From the NCBI GenBank assembly GCA_963718945.1, contig CAVRAJ010000005.1, positions 34,037 through 98,036 of the forward strand: 64,000 bases of DNA, in the 5' to 3' direction. Numbering within the stretch: position 1 is the first letter of the stretch; each line of letters starts with the position of its first letter. The notes beneath the pieces were generated by a model, which worked only from the letters and a program-made list of their open reading frames with translations, did not search any database and was not told where the DNA came from. A program made the translations under genes and the position numbers. Of the stretch, positions 1 through 8,312 are shown piece by piece. This DNA comes from an uncultured Acidobacteriota bacterium. GTDB lineage: Bacteria; Acidobacteriota; Terriglobia; Acidiferrales; UBA7541.

Positions 1-1519
1 CCTGCTGACCTATGTTACGAAAATCCGCGGAGGTGAGCGCAACGGGTCCGACGCCGACGTCATAGGAAGCGCTCGGGAGGATGCTGTTGGTTGCTCCTGG
101 GATGGACGTGGCTGCGGTGGAGGGGCCGAGACTTCCGGAAAGAAGAGAAAGCGTGATGGGATAGCGGTCACCCACAAAAAAAGTGGCTGGCTTTCCGTCT
201 TGAGCCCGCAGCAAGACCTGACGGCCGCTGTGAACAAGGGTGAGCGCATCGGAAAACTGCGAAGCAATGGCGGGCAACGTCAGCAGGAACGTCGTCTTTC
301 CGCCACCCACGACTGTAAGCGGAGGGATAAGGGAACTAAGATTAAGGGAGCTCCCCGCGCTGGCCGAGCTTCCTCCGTTTCCGAAAATGCTCGCGAGCAG
401 GGTTATAAGCGTGCTGATGTCCTTTGCCTGCCGCAATTGGGTGAGGATGCTTGGAGAGAGAGAAATCAGCTGGGCCGAGGAAGGCGGCAGAAGACCCAAG
501 GTGCGCGCCTTGTTGCGATCGACCTCGAGAATCTCAATCTCCAGCAACAATTCGCCGCGAGCCTTTTCCGCTTGGCTGATCAGTTCTCCCGCGAGGGCGA
601 GGCGTTCCGGAGTGTCGCGAACGCTGATCGAACGGCTTTTCGCATCAAGTGCGACGCGCGTGGCGCCGGTCATCTCACGAAGCAAGCGGACCACTTCCGT
701 CATTTCGTCCGTGCCCACGGAGGCCGGCAAGACAAACGTTTGTTCGGCCTGCACCGCGTACTGGCGGCGCTTTTCCACGTTGTCCTGCGCGACAAACAAG
801 AGGGTGGAGGTCAACGGGCGGAAGAACGTGGCGGTCTCGGTGCTGAGGACTTTCAGCGCGGTACCGAAATCGACGTCGTCCACGCGCAGCCGGACGGTTC
901 GAGCGGGCAGGTCCGGATCGAAAGTGACTTTGATTCCGTACAACTGTCCCAACTGCTCGTAGACAGACTTGGCATCTCCACGCAGATTGATGTTTTGTTT
1001 TCCGGGGTGGGGCTTCAGTTCCGGCAAGCCTTCCACGGTCGAATCGGACTTCTTTACCGGGACATCGTTCATGGCCTTCATTTGCTTCATGCGTTCCGCA
1101 ACAATTGTGTTGCTGGGATCGATGAGCAGGGCCCTGGCGAGTTCCTCCGTGGCCACATCGGCGTGGCCAGCGAGGGCGTCGCGCTCCGCGGCATCCACAT
1201 GGTCGCGAACGAGTTTCGATCGCATGGAAGCAATACGTTCGATAAGCGCTGTGTCCTGCGGAGCGTAGCGCGCAGCTTGCTGGTAATAATCGAGTGCTTC
1301 ATCAAAACGACCATCGGCGAGGGCCTTGTCGGCGAGTTCGGAGATTTTCCTGGCGTATTTTGGATTGGGACGCGGCGCCATTTGGAGTTGGGCTTCATTG
1401 GGTGCGGTTTGCGGAGGGGCGGACTGAGATTGCGGAGAAGCTTGTGCGGTGGCCTGAGCGCAGGAAAGCAGGATGGCCAAGAGAAGAGAGCAGGCTTGGC
1501 GTAGGCAGGAGGGAATCAT
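1..1519 (-). CDS. Secretin-family outer-membrane channel (GspD/PilQ-like), N-terminal part; the gene runs off the left edge
   Basis: Absent from the ORF track because it has no in-window stop. The reverse-strand ATG at 1519 gives MIPSCLRQACSLLLAILLSCAQA (signal peptide) and a TPR-like stretch (ADGRFDEALDYYQQAARYAP). Secretin-N-type segments follow (NINLRGDAKSVYEQLGQLYGIKVTFDPDL; SISVRDTPERLALAGELISQAEKARGELLLEIEILEVDRNKARTLGL), and the frame stays open to position 1. Confidence 0.75.
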   Translation of the reverse strand, partial: MIPSCLRQACSLLLAILLSCAQATAQASPQSQSAPPQTAPNEAQLQMAPRPNPKYARKISELADKALADGRFDEALDYYQQAARYAPQDTALIERIASMRSKLVRDHVDAAERDALAGHADVATEELARALLIDPSNTIVAERMKQMKAMNDVPVKKSDSTVEGLPELKPHPGKQNINLRGDAKSVYEQLGQLYGIKVTFDPDLPARTVRLRVDDVDFGTALKVLSTETATFFRPLTSTLLFVAQDNVEKRRQYAVQAEQTFVLPASVGTDEMTEVVRLLREMTGATRVALDAKSRSISVRDTPERLALAGELISQAEKARGELLLEIEILEVDRNKARTLGLLPPSSAQLISLSPSILTQLRQAKDISTLITLLASIFGNGGSSASAGSSLNLSSLIPPLTVVGGGKTTFLLTLPAIASQFSDALTLVHSGRQVLLRAQDGKPATFFVGDRYPITLSLLSGSLGPSTAATSIPGATNSILPSASYDVGVGPVALTSADFRNIGQQ

Positions 1520-1653
1520 AGTTGAATTGGCTTGGGCACCCATTCTACCGTGAGCGCAAGAAAGAAATAGGACTGGATTGGTCCGGTTGACGGAAATCCA
1601 TAGAAAGAGTAGGCTTAGTTCTTAGTTGCAAATTACTCACAACTGGAGATTTC

Positions 1654-2916
1654 TTGCTTCCGGCTTTTCTCATTGCTCTCCGTGAAGGCGTCGAGGCTTC
1701 GCTCGTCGTTGGCATTGTCCTTGTTTATCTCACGCGTACAGGCCGCTCGCAACTGGCGCGTTTTGTTTGGTATGGCGTAGCCGCCGCAACTGCGCTCAGC
1801 CTGGGTGTCGCCATTCTGCTGGAGCGCTGGCGCATCAACGAAGACGGATTCGAAGGGGTAATGTACCTCGTCGCGGCCGTATTCGTTATTACGATGATCC
1901 TATGGATGAATCGCGTTGCGCGCCATCTGAAAAAAGAGATCGAGCAGAAGATCGAGAAGTACGTGGGGAGGGCGGGAGCGGCTGCAGGTTGGGGCATTTT
2001 CCTGTTTGTCTTTCTGATGGTTTTGCGGGAGGGCGCGGAGTTGGCGGTGATCCTGCGGGCCGTGGAGCTGTCCACGGAAGGGTTGGAAATTTGGATTGGC
2101 ACGGCTTTGGGAATTGGCGCGGCCGTGGCTGTGGGCGTGTTTTTTTTCAAGGGCACGTTGCGTGTCCCCCTGCACCGGTTCTTTGCCGCCACTAGCGTGA
2201 TCCTGATTCTTGTGGCGTTTCAACTTGGGCTGACGGGATTGCACGAATTGAGCGAAGCGCAATGGCTGCCGTCGAGCAAGATGGAAATGGCCATCATCGG
2301 GCCGATTGTCCGGAACGAACTGTTTTTCTTTGTGCTGATCTTTGGGGCGGCGGCGCTGTTGATCTTGCGCGAATGGCAATCGGCATCGCACGCTAAAGCC
2401 GCGAACGAAACTGCCGGTGAAGCGGAGAAACGGCTGATCGAAGCGCAGAACCGGCGTCAGCGGGGCTGGATGGTTGCGGCCGCAACCGGCTGCCTGTCCG
2501 TGATTCTGCTGCTAACCGGAGATTTCGTTTACACGAACGCGAATTCGGCGCCGCCATCGGCGCAGGCAATCGACCCCGCAGGCAACGAAGTGCGCATTCC
2601 CGTGGCTGATGTGCAGGATGGCAAGATGCATCTCTTTACGATTAGTGCCGGAGAGCAATCGCTGCGCTTCATGGTCATCAAGAAGCCGAATGGATACGGC
2701 ACGGCGCTGGATGCTTGCCGCATCTGCGGCGCCGAGGGTTATCGCCAGGATGGGCAGAACGTGGTTTGCCGGCATTGTGGCTCGGCGATATATATACCGA
2801 CGATCGGCGAGGCGGGCGGATGCAATCCGATTGGCGTCGCGTCGCATGTAGATGGCTCAGATCTTGTCCTGGATGTTTCTTCGCTCGTGCAAGCGACCAA
2901 GGAGATTCCGCAGTAG
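1654..2916 (+). CDS. FTR1/EfeU-type high-affinity iron permease fused to a C-terminal Cys-rich DUF2318-like domain
   Basis: Two REGxE motifs (REGVEA near the N-terminus, REGAEL mid-protein) sit in a multi-TM body. The C-terminal roughly 130 aa carries CRICGAEGY...CRHCGS...GGCNP, typical of the DUF2318 module that is a separate gene in Campylobacter-type ftr1/p19 loci. Confidence 0.85.
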   Translation: MLPAFLIALREGVEASLVVGIVLVYLTRTGRSQLARFVWYGVAAATALSLGVAILLERWRINEDGFEGVMYLVAAVFVITMILWMNRVARHLKKEIEQKIEKYVGRAGAAAGWGIFLFVFLMVLREGAELAVILRAVELSTEGLEIWIGTALGIGAAVAVGVFFFKGTLRVPLHRFFAATSVILILVAFQLGLTGLHELSEAQWLPSSKMEMAIIGPIVRNELFFFVLIFGAAALLILREWQSASHAKAANETAGEAEKRLIEAQNRRQRGWMVAAATGCLSVILLLTGDFVYTNANSAPPSAQAIDPAGNEVRIPVADVQDGKMHLFTISAGEQSLRFMVIKKPNGYGTALDACRICGAEGYRQDGQNVVCRHCGSAIYIPTIGEAGGCNPIGVASHVDGSDLVLDVSSLVQATKEIPQ

Positions 2917-2940
2917 GGGCACGATATATCGTGCCCCTAC
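2913..2940. repeat. REP-like perfect 28-bp palindrome GTAGGGGCACGATATATCGTGCCCCTAC (family 1, copy 1)
   Basis: Perfect inverted repeat. The TAG stop of the FTR1 gene (2914-2916) lies inside it. Near-identical copies occur at 24044, 26011 and 40289. Confidence 0.9.
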
Positions 2941-2959
2941 GATTGCGGCATTTGGTGTC

Positions 2960-4315
2960 ATGTTCCTGCGTTTAGTTGCCGATTCGTTTACGCGCCGTCC
3001 GCGCCGCAAGGTGCTGACTGCCGCGGCTTTGTCGCTGGGTATGGCCGTGGTGACGGCGGCGCTGAGCGTGTCACTTGACGTTGGCGACCGCCTCGCGAGC
3101 GAGTTCCGCAGTCTCGGCGCGAATTTGCTGGTCACGCCGCAGGCCGATTCGCTTCCGCTGGAGATTGGTGGCGTTGACTATCGCCCCGTCAACGCCGGTG
3201 CGTATCTACCCGAAGCGGACCTCCCTGGAATCAAGACCGTTTTCTGGCACAACAACATTGTCGGGTTTGCACCTATCCTTGGGCTTTCTGTGAGGGGTAT
3301 GTCGCATGCCCGGGATGATGAAAATGGCCTGCGAGAAAATCGAACCTCATGGCCGCAGGTTTCTGTCATCGGTACGTGGGCCAATCATCCCGTTCAACTT
3401 GTCGATCACACCACCTGGAATACCGGCATTGATAAGACGAACCCTTGGTGGCACCTCATGAAGGGTCGCTGGTTTTCAAACGATGCACTGGAATGCGTTG
3501 TCGGGAAGAACCTCGCTCGGGAGAGTGGCGCTTATCAAAACGGTCAGCGCATTTTTGCGGGCTTGCCCATCGGCGACAATTTCGTCATTGACCGGGGACC
3601 ATCCTCGCCGCCGCTTTTCTTGAAAGCGGTGGGCATTCTGGACAGCGGAGGTCCAGAGGATGACGCTGTGATTGTCCCAATCTCCATCGCGCAGCAGGTT
3701 GCGAATGAACCCGGGCAATATCGCCAACTCTATGTCAGCGCGTTGACCAAGCCGGAAGACGAATTTGGGCGGCGCGATCCGAAGACGATGAGTGGGGATG
3801 AGCTGGAGCGGTGGTCGTGCAGCCCCTATATTTCTTCGATTGCGTATTCGATTAAACAGGTGCTGCCAGGGACCGACGTGCGCGTGATTCGGCGCGTGGC
3901 CGATGGCGAGGGCGCTATTCTTACCCGGGTACGCGCGTTGCTCTGGATGGTTACGCTTGCGGCGCTGCTGGCTGCGGCGCTGGCTGTCGGCGCTTCTTCG
4001 GCGGCTTCGGTGATTGAACGACGTACGGAAATTGGTTTGATGAAAGCTTTGGGAGCAGGCTCTAGTACAGTTGGTTTCCTCTTGGCTGCGGAGCAGCTTT
4101 TGTTGGCGTTTGTCGGCGGAGGCATCGGGTATTCGCTGGGCACGATTCTTGCGCGGCTGGTTGGGCAAAGGATCTTCGGAGTTACGCCAGAGCCGTCTTT
4201 GCTGGTTCTCGTTGCGGTGCTTGCGCTCGCAGTTGGCGTCACGCTCCTTGGCAGCGCCATCCCTCTGCGCCGCGCTTCGCGTTATGAGCCGGCGCCGATT
4301 CTACGAGGCGAATGA
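2960..4315 (+). CDS. ABC transporter permease, FtsX/MacB-type (FetA-like)
   Basis: N-terminal TM helix, a large periplasmic domain and a C-terminal FtsX 3-TM block (IERRTEIGLMKALGAGSSTVGFLLAAEQLLLAFVGGGIGY). I prefer the start at ATG 2960 (MFLRLVADSF...) because the tracked start at 2852 overlaps the upstream gene and the REP palindrome. Confidence 0.8.
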   Translation: MFLRLVADSFTRRPRRKVLTAAALSLGMAVVTAALSVSLDVGDRLASEFRSLGANLLVTPQADSLPLEIGGVDYRPVNAGAYLPEADLPGIKTVFWHNNIVGFAPILGLSVRGMSHARDDENGLRENRTSWPQVSVIGTWANHPVQLVDHTTWNTGIDKTNPWWHLMKGRWFSNDALECVVGKNLARESGAYQNGQRIFAGLPIGDNFVIDRGPSSPPLFLKAVGILDSGGPEDDAVIVPISIAQQVANEPGQYRQLYVSALTKPEDEFGRRDPKTMSGDELERWSCSPYISSIAYSIKQVLPGTDVRVIRRVADGEGAILTRVRALLWMVTLAALLAAALAVGASSAASVIERRTEIGLMKALGAGSSTVGFLLAAEQLLLAFVGGGIGYSLGTILARLVGQRIFGVTPEPSLLVLVAVLALAVGVTLLGSAIPLRRASRYEPAPILRGE

Positions 4316-5517
4316 TGGCCGCGCCTCTGACCGCCAACCGCTCGATGTTCTGGCGCATTGTCCGTCGCTTGCTCTTCGGACACCGCGGCCGTCTGTTTGT
4401 GATTCTGCTCGCTCTCGGTGCAGGTGCCGCCGTCACGGCAGCGCTCCTCAATCTGCAAGTCGACGCCAAGCGCCGAATCACCACGGAATTCCGCGCCTTT
4501 GGCCCCAACCTGATTATCGGCCCTCAAGGCGCGGGTGGTCCCGATGGATCGCCGCGCTTCCTCGATGAATCGGTGGTCAAGCAATTGCGCGATGCGAACG
4601 ACGGCACTTCTCCGGCCTATGCCGCGTTTCTTTACGGTGTTGTTCAAATTACAACCGCAGCCGACGAGCGGAGTGGGCAGGCTGTGAAAACCACGCGGGG
4701 AATTCTGGCTGGATATTTTCATTGGCCGCTCGGTTCTTCGAATGTCATTCCCGCGGCTTTGGTAGATGCCGAAGAAAAAGTGAGATTTGTGAACTCCCGA
4801 CGTTGTGAAGTCGGGCAAAAAGTTGCAACAGTTCTCCAACTGCGCACCGGCGATGGAATTGACATTACGAGCGGGAGCCGAAAAGACTCGTGCACTGTTT
4901 ACGTTCTGGCTGCTACGGGCGGTCCGGAGGACAGTCAAGTCTTCATGGACCTTCCATCTGCACAAGTATTGCTAGCTGAGCCTGGGCGCCTCAGTCTGAT
5001 TCAGCTGAGAGTTTCCGGCACACCTTCACAGATTCACGCTTACGCTGTTTCACTCCAACAACGCCTTCCCGACACGGAAGGCCACCCCATCCGGCAGTTC
5101 ACGGAGGGCGAGGCGAAGATTTACGGCCGCATCAGCGGTTTGTTGACAGCCACTATCGCGATTGTTCTGCTACTCACGGGCCTTTGCGTCATGGCGGCGA
5201 TGACCAACGTGGCGATGGAGCGCAAGAACGACGTCGGACTGATGAAAGCGATTGGCGGTGCGACGCGGCGCGTCTTGCGCCTTTTCCTGGCGGAGGCGGC
5301 GTTGCTCGGTCTTGCGGGCGGTGCGATTGGCGCTGCGGCAGGAATTTTTCTTTCGATTTGGCTGGGCAAGCAGGTGTTTGGCGTCGCGGCGCAGCCGCGG
5401 CTGATTGTGTATCCTATAGCTGTGGCACTTACCACCCTCGTTGCGATTCTTAGCGCGTACCCGCTCCGGCGGCTGGCGAGCGTGCACCCTGCTTCCGTAT
5501 TCCGAGGTGAAGGGTGA
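4312..5517 (+). CDS. ABC transporter permease, FtsX/MacB-type (FetB-like)
   Basis: Same architecture as the preceding gene (MERKNDVGLMKAIGGATRRVLRLFLAEAALLGLAGGAIG). Its start overlaps the upstream stop by 4 nt, consistent with an operon. Confidence 0.8.
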   Translation: MMAAPLTANRSMFWRIVRRLLFGHRGRLFVILLALGAGAAVTAALLNLQVDAKRRITTEFRAFGPNLIIGPQGAGGPDGSPRFLDESVVKQLRDANDGTSPAYAAFLYGVVQITTAADERSGQAVKTTRGILAGYFHWPLGSSNVIPAALVDAEEKVRFVNSRRCEVGQKVATVLQLRTGDGIDITSGSRKDSCTVYVLAATGGPEDSQVFMDLPSAQVLLAEPGRLSLIQLRVSGTPSQIHAYAVSLQQRLPDTEGHPIRQFTEGEAKIYGRISGLLTATIAIVLLLTGLCVMAAMTNVAMERKNDVGLMKAIGGATRRVLRLFLAEAALLGLAGGAIGAAAGIFLSIWLGKQVFGVAAQPRLIVYPIAVALTTLVAILSAYPLRRLASVHPASVFRGEG

Positions 5518-6428
5518 GCGCTCCTGTCCAAATTCTACCCGAGCAAAAGACTGCGGCGCCGCAAGTCGTGATCGAGAATCTCGTCAAGAAATACGGCGTG
5601 CTGCGCGCTCTTGACGATCTTAGTTTCAGCGTCCACGCCGCCGAATGGGTCGCGTTAATGGGTCCATCCGGCTCGGGCAAGACTACCCTCATCAACATTC
5701 TTGGCGGGCTCGATACGCTCAATTCCGGCCGCGTCGTCGTAGACGGAACCGACCTCTCAAAGCTCCGCGAGAACGAGATGGTCCGCTACCGAGCCGAAAA
5801 AGTTGGCTTCGTCTTCCAGCAATTTCATCTCGTTCCGTACCTCAACGCGCTCGAAAACGTCATGCTGGCGCAGTATTTTCACAGCATGACGGACGAAAAG
5901 CAGGCGGAGGAAGCTTTGCGCCGCGTAGGCATGGGCGAGCGCATGACCCACCTTCCGGCGCAGCTCTCCGGCGGCGAACAGCAGCGCGTGGCTATCGCGC
6001 GCGCACTAATCAATCAGCCGAAAATCATCCTGGCCGACGAGCCCACCGGTAACCTCGATGAAGCGAACGAAGAAATTGTTTTGCAAATTTTCCGCGAGCT
6101 GCACCATGCTGGTCACACGATTTTGATGGTCACGCATGATCCGGACATCGCGCGCCAAGCCGACCGGCGCATCGAACTGGCCCACGGCCACCTGCACTTT
6201 GACACGGCGCAACATGGGCCAGGCCACCCGCTCGCGTGTCCATTGGCCAACACCGCGGATTGCTGCACGCCAGTTTCCACTGACGACGAGATTCGCTTCG
6301 ATCATCTTCTCGAGCAAATCTGGATTTGCGGCGAGGAAGGGAAGCCGGCGCAGTTAAATAGGCTGCACGCGACTGGCCCTGCTGGCGAACTTCCCGTTCT
6401 TCACGAAGAGCCGGCGGCAAAAATTTGA
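5514..6428 (+). CDS. ABC transporter ATP-binding protein (MacB/LolD-like) with a roughly 75-aa C-terminal extension resembling the N-terminus of a DtxR-family regulator
   Basis: Walker A GPSGSGKTT, signature LSGGEQQR, Walker B ILADEPTGNLD and H-loop VTHD. The ATPase core ends near ...RIELAHGHLHFD. The in-frame tail contains DHLLEQIWICGEEGKPA, like DtxR helix 1. Confidence 0.85.
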   Translation: MSAPVQILPEQKTAAPQVVIENLVKKYGVLRALDDLSFSVHAAEWVALMGPSGSGKTTLINILGGLDTLNSGRVVVDGTDLSKLRENEMVRYRAEKVGFVFQQFHLVPYLNALENVMLAQYFHSMTDEKQAEEALRRVGMGERMTHLPAQLSGGEQQRVAIARALINQPKIILADEPTGNLDEANEEIVLQIFRELHHAGHTILMVTHDPDIARQADRRIELAHGHLHFDTAQHGPGHPLACPLANTADCCTPVSTDDEIRFDHLLEQIWICGEEGKPAQLNRLHATGPAGELPVLHEEPAAKI

Positions 6429-6489
6429 GGCCGGATGAGCGGATCTGCATCTGGTCGAACTGCAAGACGGCGAGGCGCAGCTTACGCCC

Positions 6490-6726
6490 GTGGGCAGCCA
6501 GCGAGCGCGAGGCGTCGTGCGCCGGCATCGCCTGGCCGAACGCCTCTTCAAGGACACTTTCGCCGTCGATGATACCGAAGCTCACACGCAAGCGTGCCGG
6601 TTCGAGCACATCATCAGCCCGGAACTGGATCAGCGCATCTGCACGTTCCTCGGCCATCCGAAGACTTGCCCGCACGGCAATCCCATTCCGCCTGGAGATT
6701 GCTGCAACGGGAAATCGAAGAGCTGA
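6490..6726 (+). CDS. DtxR/IdeR/MntR-family metal-binding/dimerisation domain without an intact DNA-binding domain (possible pseudogene fragment)
   Basis: RRHRLAERLFKD...EAHTQACRFEHIISPELDQRICTFLGHPKTCPHGNPIP keeps the DtxR metal ligands (H, E, H, C, E, H). The frame is open from 6439 (ADLHLVELQDGEAQLTPVG, wing-like) but has no ATG. TGA lies at 6436. Confidence 0.6.
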   Translation: MGSQRARGVVRRHRLAERLFKDTFAVDDTEAHTQACRFEHIISPELDQRICTFLGHPKTCPHGNPIPPGDCCNGKSKS

Positions 6727-6744
6727 CGGACTTCATCTTCCTAC

Positions 6745-7135
6745 ATGCCTATTCCACTTGATCCACGAAAGAAGCCGTCCGACGTGAAGATACACGTGAA
6801 AAGCGGTGCGGGTGTGGACATCGTCTGGAGCCGACGGACACGCCAGCCATTACGAGTTCGCCTATTTGCGCGAAGAGTGTCCCTGCGCCACATGCAACGA
6901 TGAGCGCGGCAAAAAAGAAGCCTTTGCCGCGACCGCACCCGGAAGCGGCTCATTTCCTCCGCTTCCCATGTTCAAGCCCAAGCCAAGCGCGCAAGCAGCC
7001 ACCGTCGTCGGCAACTACGCCGTGCAGATCAGTTTCACCGATGGCCACTCCACAGGCATCTACAGTTACGACCACCTGCGCAGCATTTGCCCCTGCGCCG
7101 AGTGCGCCAAGGCGTTCCGCACAGCCGCCCCATAA
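6745..7135 (+). pseudogene. DUF971 (gamma-butyrobetaine-hydroxylase-N-like) protein with an apparent single-base frameshift
   Basis: ATG 6745 gives MPIPLDPRKKPSDVKIHVKSGAGVDIVWS. After one extra C at 6832 the next frame continues DGHASHYEFAYLREECPCATC...NYAVQISFTDGHSTGIYSYDHL. Joined, this is the canonical DUF971 pattern. ORF 6806..7135 (GTG start) is the larger intact piece. Confidence 0.65.
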
Positions 7136-7265
7136 ATCGTGTCCGCCTCGGCAATAAACACCAGTAGCGGGTCAGTTTCCGAGTATGCAACTGATCTGGA
7201 ACTGAGCCACTGATGCTCTTCTGCCCAATCGGTCTCATCAGAGAAGCACTAATCGCACACCTGGT

Positions 7266-8123
7266 CTAACCGATCCGATAAAGGGAGCTTTCAAGTGCTG
7301 CACTCTCACGAGAGTTAAGCGGGTCGTAGAAGACGTGGATGGGCATTTCTTCGTAGAGTTTCTTGGAGAAATCTGCCACTCGATTTTGAAATCCGTTACC
7401 ACTCGCATCGCGGTAACTGTACACGATTTGACTGCCATAGCGCGTCCTAGATTGAATCAACACGCAGCCTTGCGAAAGTTCACCGTTCACGAACAGTCGC
7501 CTCTCGCGGATGCGATTCCGAAAGAAGGAAAAACACGACCAAAGCGCCCAACTCCATACGAAAAGAGCGACCACAGTCTTGGTAATCGTCCCGCTCGATG
7601 GATCGGCAATCCCCCGCAAAACGAGAGACAGCAGCCACAACACAAATGTCATGGCCATAGCCACTCCCGCGATATTCATGTATCCACGCACAGTGAGACG
7701 CACCGTTCTGGGTCGCATTGCCAACGAAGCATCTTTGTCCTGGCCTGCAGCACCCGGTGTTGCCAAGACTGGCTTTGTTCCGCCGACAGTCCCTTGTTTC
7801 GCGCTGGTCTCTAAGGCAGCAATTCTGGTCAGTCGATGCTTGGTGGCAAGGCCCGAACCTAGGGGCAGCGCGACAAATGGTACGGCAATCCCTAGCGCGC
7901 CCCTAATACCAAAGGGTTCCGCCATCGAAGCTGTCGCGGCGAGGAGTACCCCTACGCCGGAAACCAGCCACATTGCCCGCATGTCACTTCGCAGCTTCGT
8001 CGTGGCTTTCCCGACATTCCACCCACAGTTCTTGCAATAGCCGACGCTGCCTTGGAATAAGAACGCTCGGATCTCTGTAGCTTCCTTGCGGCAGTGCGGA
8101 CAGTGCAATCTAGTAGAAAGCAA
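7266..8123 (-). CDS. Membrane protein with an N-terminal zinc-ribbon and a C-terminal DUF3592-like domain
   Basis: CPHC...CKNC at the N-terminus, several TM segments, and a C-terminal beta-rich part (GCVLIQSRTRYGSQIVYSYRDASGNGFQ...VFYDP) resembling DUF3592. G+C appears lower than the neighbours by eye. Confidence 0.55.
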   Translation of the reverse strand: MLSTRLHCPHCRKEATEIRAFLFQGSVGYCKNCGWNVGKATTKLRSDMRAMWLVSGVGVLLAATASMAEPFGIRGALGIAVPFVALPLGSGLATKHRLTRIAALETSAKQGTVGGTKPVLATPGAAGQDKDASLAMRPRTVRLTVRGYMNIAGVAMAMTFVLWLLSLVLRGIADPSSGTITKTVVALFVWSWALWSCFSFFRNRIRERRLFVNGELSQGCVLIQSRTRYGSQIVYSYRDASGNGFQNRVADFSKKLYEEMPIHVFYDPLNSRESAALESSLYRIG

Positions 8124-8312
8124 GTTGAGAAAAACCTCACAGAGGGCTCATTCATCCTGCACTTGTTAGTTCAATTCTACCGCGTTTCAACTTAATCGAG
8201 GGACGGGTTCAAGCCTGTGTATCCATCATCCAACATAAAAAAGTCCCGTTCGGCTAGACTTCGCGCCGGAAAAGTGCGAGCATTTTAGTCCGCTGATCGA
8301 GATCACCCGTAC

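Noticed and set aside
200-1504. 434-aa + strand ORF, the longest ORF in the first 1.5 kb
   Set aside because: It is Arg/Gly-rich, has no motif, and lies exactly antisense to a well-formed secretin gene (signal peptide, TPR, secretin-N repeats) that is missing from the track only because it lacks an in-window stop.
1520-1653. Possible Fur/DtxR operator upstream of the iron locus (TTGCAAATTACTCACAA region)
   Set aside because: It shows only partial dyad symmetry and has no convincing match to the Fur or IdeR consensus by eye. It cannot be supported without a matrix scan.
6436-6438. TGA at 6436 as a selenocysteine or read-through codon joining the HTH-like and metal-binding parts of the DtxR remnant
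   Set aside because: No SECIS-like hairpin is evident downstream. The position is not a catalytic Cys site. The upstream frame has no start codon and itself needs a frameshift from the ATPase frame. Decay is the simpler explanation.
8185-8215. tRNA-like T-arm (GGGTTCAAGCC), and the 14-nt match CTTAATCGAGGG-CG shared with 12860-12875
   Set aside because: The flanks do not form T- or acceptor stems, so this is not a tRNA or tRNA fragment. A single 14-nt match between two promoter regions is too weak to call a regulatory motif.
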